Source of the DNA: Thermodesulfobacteriota bacterium
GTDB taxonomy: Bacteria; Desulfobacterota_D; UBA1144; Nemesobacterales; Nemesobacteraceae
NCBI GenBank assembly: GCA_965116725.1
Contig: OZ220700.1
Span: 77,897-141,896 of the forward strand
Direction of reading: 5' to 3'
DNA length: 64,000 nucleotides
A program made the translations under genes and the position numbers. Under the pieces are notes generated by a model, which was not told the DNA's origin, did not search any database, and saw nothing but the letters and a program-made list of their open reading frames with translations. Position 1 is the stretch's first letter. The number at the start of each line of letters is the position of its first letter. Below are positions 59,968-64,000 of the stretch, one piece after another.

Positions 59968-60597
59968 TTAGACAATTATAACTATTGCTCTTCCTGGACC
60001 ATGAACTCCCAGTGTGAGGTTAAGTTCTATATCAGCCGTTCTACTCGGTCCAGTTATAAAAGAAATACACGTACACAATTCATCATAATTTTTTTCATAA
60101 GATTCCCCGAGCTTTGCAAACAGAGCATGAATATTCAAAACTATGTTCTCCTTTTCAAGTATCGCGATATGCACGGGAGGTAGAAGCGAAGTAAGTCTCG
60201 GCTGCTCCGGGCCGGACAGCAGAACTAAAGTTCCTGTGTCAGCAATAGCGAAGTCAGCTCCAGTTATACCTATATCTGCGGTTGCAAGATCAGTTTCCGA
60301 GGCAATTTCAAGTGATTTCAAGGGTTTTGTATTCCAGAAGGAAACCGACTGGGCACCAAGCTCTTGGATAAGTTCATTTATTTTCTCAATCAGGCTTCCT
60401 TTCTCTTCGAGAAGATGAACTTCCCCGGATACCATCTCAAAGTTTACTATAAAATCGTTTTCTAACTTGCTTTGATCAATAGATAATTGAGGGTTTAGAA
60501 AACCATTCTCTGTAGTTTCCCTTCCCCTTTTCTCCATTGTTCCCGGGGGATGTTGTAAGTTTTGCAGTATAAGTGCTTTGGATTCTTTAAAAATCAT
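59968..60597 (-). CDS. lutC: Lactate utilisation protein C (LUD domain)
   Basis: LUD-domain sequence throughout. The start is assigned to the internal ATG that overlaps the lutB stop (ATGA) rather than the longer track ORF. Confidence 0.8.
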   Translation of the reverse strand: MIFKESKALILQNLQHPPGTMEKRGRETTENGFLNPQLSIDQSKLENDFIVNFEMVSGEVHLLEEKGSLIEKINELIQELGAQSVSFWNTKPLKSLEIASETDLATADIGITGADFAIADTGTLVLLSGPEQPRLTSLLPPVHIAILEKENIVLNIHALFAKLGESYEKNYDELCTCISFITGPSRTADIELNLTLGVHGPGRAIVIIV

Positions 60598-62039
60598 CTT
60601 AGTCCTGTTCCATTTTCCCCATGGTATTTCTCTTTCCATCTTTGTCTAAAGGGTTTTTTCGAGAAGGCAGGAAAGTTTTTTTCTCTAGTCCACTTTGAAA
60701 AAGGATATGGAAGTCCCTGTAATTCATTGCCTTTTTGGTAGAAATACTGTAAAAAAACCATCACTCTTCCTGTAAGATTATAGTAAAACGGCTTACTGAA
60801 AACGAAACTCCAGACCCGAAAAGCAATTTTCTCCATGAATCCTGCCGGGTCCGGCTTTTTCCTTCCCTGTTCCACTACTTTCTGTCTCAGAGAGAGAAGA
60901 ACATGGGGAAAATCGATTTTTACCGGGCACACGTCCCTGCAGGCTCCGCAAAGGGATGACGCAAACGGCAGGTCTGCCGTTTTTTCCAAGTCGTTTAACT
61001 GGGGAGTTATTACCGCGCCTATCGGCCCCGAGTAAACCCATCCGTAGCTGTGCCCTCCTACTTGCCTGTAAACCGGACATATGTTGATGCAGGCTCCGCA
61101 TCTTATGCAGTAGAGCGATTCCTTTGTCTCCTCTGATCTTGCTATGTCGCTTCTTCCGTTATCAAGAAAAACAAGGTGAAACTGCCGGGGACCATCACTC
61201 TCCCCTTCCCTTCTGGGGCCTGTTATGAGAGAAACATAAGTGGAGGATTTCTGCCCCGTGGCGCTCCTTGCCAGGAGGCTCAAAAAGATGGAGAGCTGCT
61301 CGAACTTGGGAACGATTTTTTCTATTCCCATGATAGCCACGTGTATGTCTGGAAACGTGGTTGCGAGTCTGGCGTTGCCCTCGTTCTCCACTATTGCTAT
61401 GGTTCCACTCTCTGCCACGGCGAAGTTCACCCCGGAAACGCCCATATCGGCCGAGAGAAACTTTTCTCTCAGTTTTTTTCTCGCTATTTCCGTAAGCTTT
61501 TCCGGCTCTTCATACTCGGGCACTCCGAATTTCTCGGAGAAAAGCTTCGATATGTCCTCTTTGGTCTTATGGATTGCGGGGGCGATTATGTGGAAGGGAT
61601 GATCATTGCAAAGCTGCACTATGTATTCCCCGAGGTCTGTTTCCACGGTGTTTACCCCGTTTGATATAAGGTGCCTGTTAAGTTCTATCTCCTCTGTGGC
61701 CATTGATTTACTTTTCACGACGTTTCTGACGTTGTTTTCTCTGGCTATATCGACCACTATTGAGGAAGCTTCTTCGGCATCTTTTGCCCAGTGTACGTTG
61801 CCACCCATCCTGATAACGCTTTTTTCAAGCTCCAGGAGATAGCTGTCCAGATTGTTAATCACATCTTCTTTTATCCTTCTGGCTTCGGACCTGAGTTCTT
61901 CCCACTCAGAGACTTCGTTTACCGCTTTCCGTCTGAAGGCTCTTGACCTGTCGGTGAAATTCACAAGAGCTTTTTTCAGCTTTGGGCTTTTTAGAGCCTC
62001 TACGGAATTTTTCTTGAAATCTATGCGTTCGGTAATCAT
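60594..62039 (-). CDS. lutB: Lactate utilisation protein B (4Fe-4S ferredoxin-type iron-sulfur protein)
   Basis: CIRCGACINICPVYRQVGGHSYGWVYSGPIG and a second cluster CGACRDVCP, typical of LutB/YkgF. Confidence 0.9.
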   Translation of the reverse strand: MITERIDFKKNSVEALKSPKLKKALVNFTDRSRAFRRKAVNEVSEWEELRSEARRIKEDVINNLDSYLLELEKSVIRMGGNVHWAKDAEEASSIVVDIARENNVRNVVKSKSMATEEIELNRHLISNGVNTVETDLGEYIVQLCNDHPFHIIAPAIHKTKEDISKLFSEKFGVPEYEEPEKLTEIARKKLREKFLSADMGVSGVNFAVAESGTIAIVENEGNARLATTFPDIHVAIMGIEKIVPKFEQLSIFLSLLARSATGQKSSTYVSLITGPRREGESDGPRQFHLVFLDNGRSDIARSEETKESLYCIRCGACINICPVYRQVGGHSYGWVYSGPIGAVITPQLNDLEKTADLPFASSLCGACRDVCPVKIDFPHVLLSLRQKVVEQGRKKPDPAGFMEKIAFRVWSFVFSKPFYYNLTGRVMVFLQYFYQKGNELQGLPYPFSKWTREKNFPAFSKKPFRQRWKEKYHGENGTGLR

Positions 62040-62788
62040 TTAGTGTCCTCAAAAGCAATAAGCTCGGCCAGATGAAGCACTTTTACAGGCATTTTTTTTC
62101 TGGATACAAGTCCTTTTATGTTCATGAGGCATCCCATGTCGGTTGAAACGACAGCATCTGCCCCCGAATCCAGGATCGAGTCTGTTTTTTCCTGAAGCAT
62201 GGATTTTGATACTTCCGGATACTTGATTGAAAAAGTTCCTCCAAAGCCACAACAGGCATCGGCCATCTCCATTTCGATGAGTTCGACTCCGTTAAGGGAC
62301 TTGATAAGTTCACGAGGTTGAGAACTTATCCCTAGTTCTCTTAGCGCGTGGCAGGAATCATGAAACGTAACCCTGCCCTTGTATGCCGAGTTAAGATTGA
62401 GAGCTTCTTTATGTTGGAAAACAAATTCTGAGAACTCATAAATGTTGGATGAAACCTTCTCCACTAGGGACAGTTTTTCGGGGTCATTACGGAAAAGTTC
62501 CGCGTAATAGTGTTTTACCATGGATACGCATGAACCCGAGGGACACACGATTGCCTCGTCCCCATCGCCAAAAACATCAAGAAAGTGACAGGCGACCTTC
62601 TCGGCTTCTTTTGCGTGACCGGAGTTAAACGCGGGTTGTCCACAACATGTCTGCTCTTGCGGAAATTCGATTTCCAGTCCCATGCCTGAGAGGACCCTCA
62701 GCATTGCTTCTCCTACTTGGGGGAAAAAATTGTCTACAAGGCAGCTTATGAAAAGACGGATTCTCTGTTTTCTCTCAGGAGGGGTCAT
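62036..62788 (-). CDS. lutA: Lactate utilisation protein A (CCG-domain Fe-S oxidoreductase)
   Basis: Two Cys-rich CCG-type repeats (CCGQPAFNSG ... CCGFGG), typical of LutA/YkgE. There is an ATGA overlap with lutB. Confidence 0.9.
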   Translation of the reverse strand: MTPPERKQRIRLFISCLVDNFFPQVGEAMLRVLSGMGLEIEFPQEQTCCGQPAFNSGHAKEAEKVACHFLDVFGDGDEAIVCPSGSCVSMVKHYYAELFRNDPEKLSLVEKVSSNIYEFSEFVFQHKEALNLNSAYKGRVTFHDSCHALRELGISSQPRELIKSLNGVELIEMEMADACCGFGGTFSIKYPEVSKSMLQEKTDSILDSGADAVVSTDMGCLMNIKGLVSRKKMPVKVLHLAELIAFEDTK

Positions 62789-62939
62789 ACTTCATATAAG
62801 ATAACTTTAACCTGCGGGATTTCTACAAACTGTTTCCAGTCTTCCAGCAAATAAGCTTTTGTTCCGTATAGTCTCAATTCAAATTCTCCATTCCTTATAG
62901 ATCCATCCGTTAATGAACCGGAAGAGTTAACAAGGGTTT

Positions 62940-63317
62940 TTGACATCAAAACCAAGTTGGTGGACAATCACAGGCATGAGCACGATTTTCACACAAATAA
63001 TAAATCGAGAAATTCCGGCCGATATAGTATATGAAGATGAGTTCTGCCTGGCTTTCAGGGATATAAACCCCCAAGCTCCTGTTCATGTCCTTCTCATACC
63101 GAAAAAGGAAATAGTTTCGATGGCGACTGTTAAGACTGAAGATCAGACCGTCCTGGGACACCTTATGGTTAAGGCTTCAGAAATAGCCTCAATGCTCGGC
63201 CTTAGTGAGAGCGGGTACAGGCTTGTCGTAAACACGAACGAGGATGCGGGACAAAGCGTTTTTCACCTGCACATGCATATTCTCGGTGGAAGGACCCTTA
63301 CCTGGCCTCCGGGGTAA
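62940..63317 (+). CDS. HIT-family (histidine triad) protein
   Basis: HLHMHILGG is the histidine-triad motif. It is 125 aa. Confidence 0.88.
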   Translation: MTSKPSWWTITGMSTIFTQIINREIPADIVYEDEFCLAFRDINPQAPVHVLLIPKKEIVSMATVKTEDQTVLGHLMVKASEIASMLGLSESGYRLVVNTNEDAGQSVFHLHMHILGGRTLTWPPG

Positions 63318-63344
63318 TTTCATATGCTCTGAGGTGTTAGAGGA

Positions 63345-64000
63345 CTAAAGCCCAAGCGCTGATGCATCCCTCTCGCTGAGGAATCTTCCATTCGACCTTT
63401 TTTTTACGGTTCTTCCCCTCTTCCAGGACCGCTCGCATCTAGGCTCCTGGGAAAGATCCGTAAGTTCCACATGGATTTCTTCTCCGGCAGAGATCTCAAA
63501 TCTGCTTACCCCGCAGAGATCTTCAAGCTCCGGTTCGAACTTCTTTATATCGTCAAAAAGATCTTTGTTAACCGTCACTGAAAGAGCAGCGTCAAGGGGA
63601 TTGTTTATGCCGCCCTCTCCCCGCGCATCCTCGAGGGCTTTTAGGCATAGTTTCCTTATATCCATAACATCGTTCCAGGTTTTATCGGCCTCAACTTTTT
63701 CAACGCGTGGGAATGTTTCAAGGTGCACGTTGGCATCGTCCTCTCTTTTCAGGGATTTATAGGCTTCAAAGGAAGTATGGACTAGGACAGGGGCGAGAAA
63801 CTTTATGATTCCATCGGCTACTTGGTACATGACCGTCTGGGCGCGTCTTCTTTTCCTGCTGTCCTTTTTTTCGCAGTAAAGCCTGTCTTTTATGCACTCG
63901 AGGTAAACGGCGCTCATCTCATCGGAGCAAAAAGAGAAAATAAGATCGCTTGCCTGCTTGTAGCTAAAGCCCGAGTAGGCATCCAAGGTTTCGTTCGCGA
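63345..64000 (-). CDS. ileS: Isoleucyl-tRNA synthetase, C-terminal part (gene continues beyond the window end)
   Basis: KDRLYCEKKDSRKRRRAQTVMYQV ... LAPVLVHTSFEAY matches the class-I anticodon-binding region. The zinc-finger tail (PRCERSWKRG) is typical of IleRS, and the ORF is open to the window edge. Confidence 0.75.
   Translation of the reverse strand, partial: ANETLDAYSGFSYKQASDLIFSFCSDEMSAVYLECIKDRLYCEKKDSRKRRRAQTVMYQVADGIIKFLAPVLVHTSFEAYKSLKREDDANVHLETFPRVEKVEADKTWNDVMDIRKLCLKALEDARGEGGINNPLDAALSVTVNKDLFDDIKKFEPELEDLCGVSRFEISAGEEIHVELTDLSQEPRCERSWKRGRTVKKRSNGRFLSERDASALGL

Noticed and set aside
59968-60639. Long lutC start at 60639, overlapping lutB by 46 nt
   Set aside because: An internal ATG at 60595..60597 overlaps the lutB stop in the classic ATGA arrangement and gives a standard-length LUD-domain protein.

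Overview
This looks like a chromosomal segment of a Gram-negative bacterium. The Cys-containing C-terminal sorting tags on two secreted proteins hint at a deltaproteobacterium-like lineage, but that is unconfirmed. Most of the window is housekeeping genes that appear moderately GC-rich by eye: rpoH-dnaK, aceE-aceF-lpd, rpsT, holA, ndk, cysC, proA, recN, pdaD, nfo, purN-like, cdsA, ybeY, scpA/scpB, an M50 peptidase, a XerC/D-family recombinase, ahcY, metK, rpe, a DnaC-like loader, an HDAC-family protein, folC, acpS, pdxJ, glmM-cdaR-cdaA, folP, ftsH, cysK, mrcA, purU, an SDR, lutABC, a HIT protein and the ileS 3' end. These are interrupted by visibly AT-richer accessory patches. The main one is an island of about 7.9 kb between dnaK and aceE (roughly 5592..13520). 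It carries a frameshifted vsr remnant and a translationally coupled three-gene minus-strand operon: a gamma-class N6-adenine methyltransferase with an N-terminal HsdR_N-type PD-(D/E)xK domain, an HsdS specificity subunit, and a protein that fuses a DndB-like DGQHR/ParB-fold domain to a nucleoside 2-deoxyribosyltransferase (NDT)-like domain. No HsdR helicase-nuclease is present. At the distal end of the island sit a 2-TM protein and a decayed paralog of the NDT-like module. Other accessory patches are: a histidine kinase and response regulator with an uncharacterised output domain plus a PIN remnant at the 5' end; relB with a disrupted relE; a frameshifted DUF2971-like gene with fmdB; and two secreted proteins that share an unusual C-terminal tag. 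No rRNA or CRISPR array was seen and no tRNA could be identified. All calls come from reading the translated ORFs and motifs; no database search was run.
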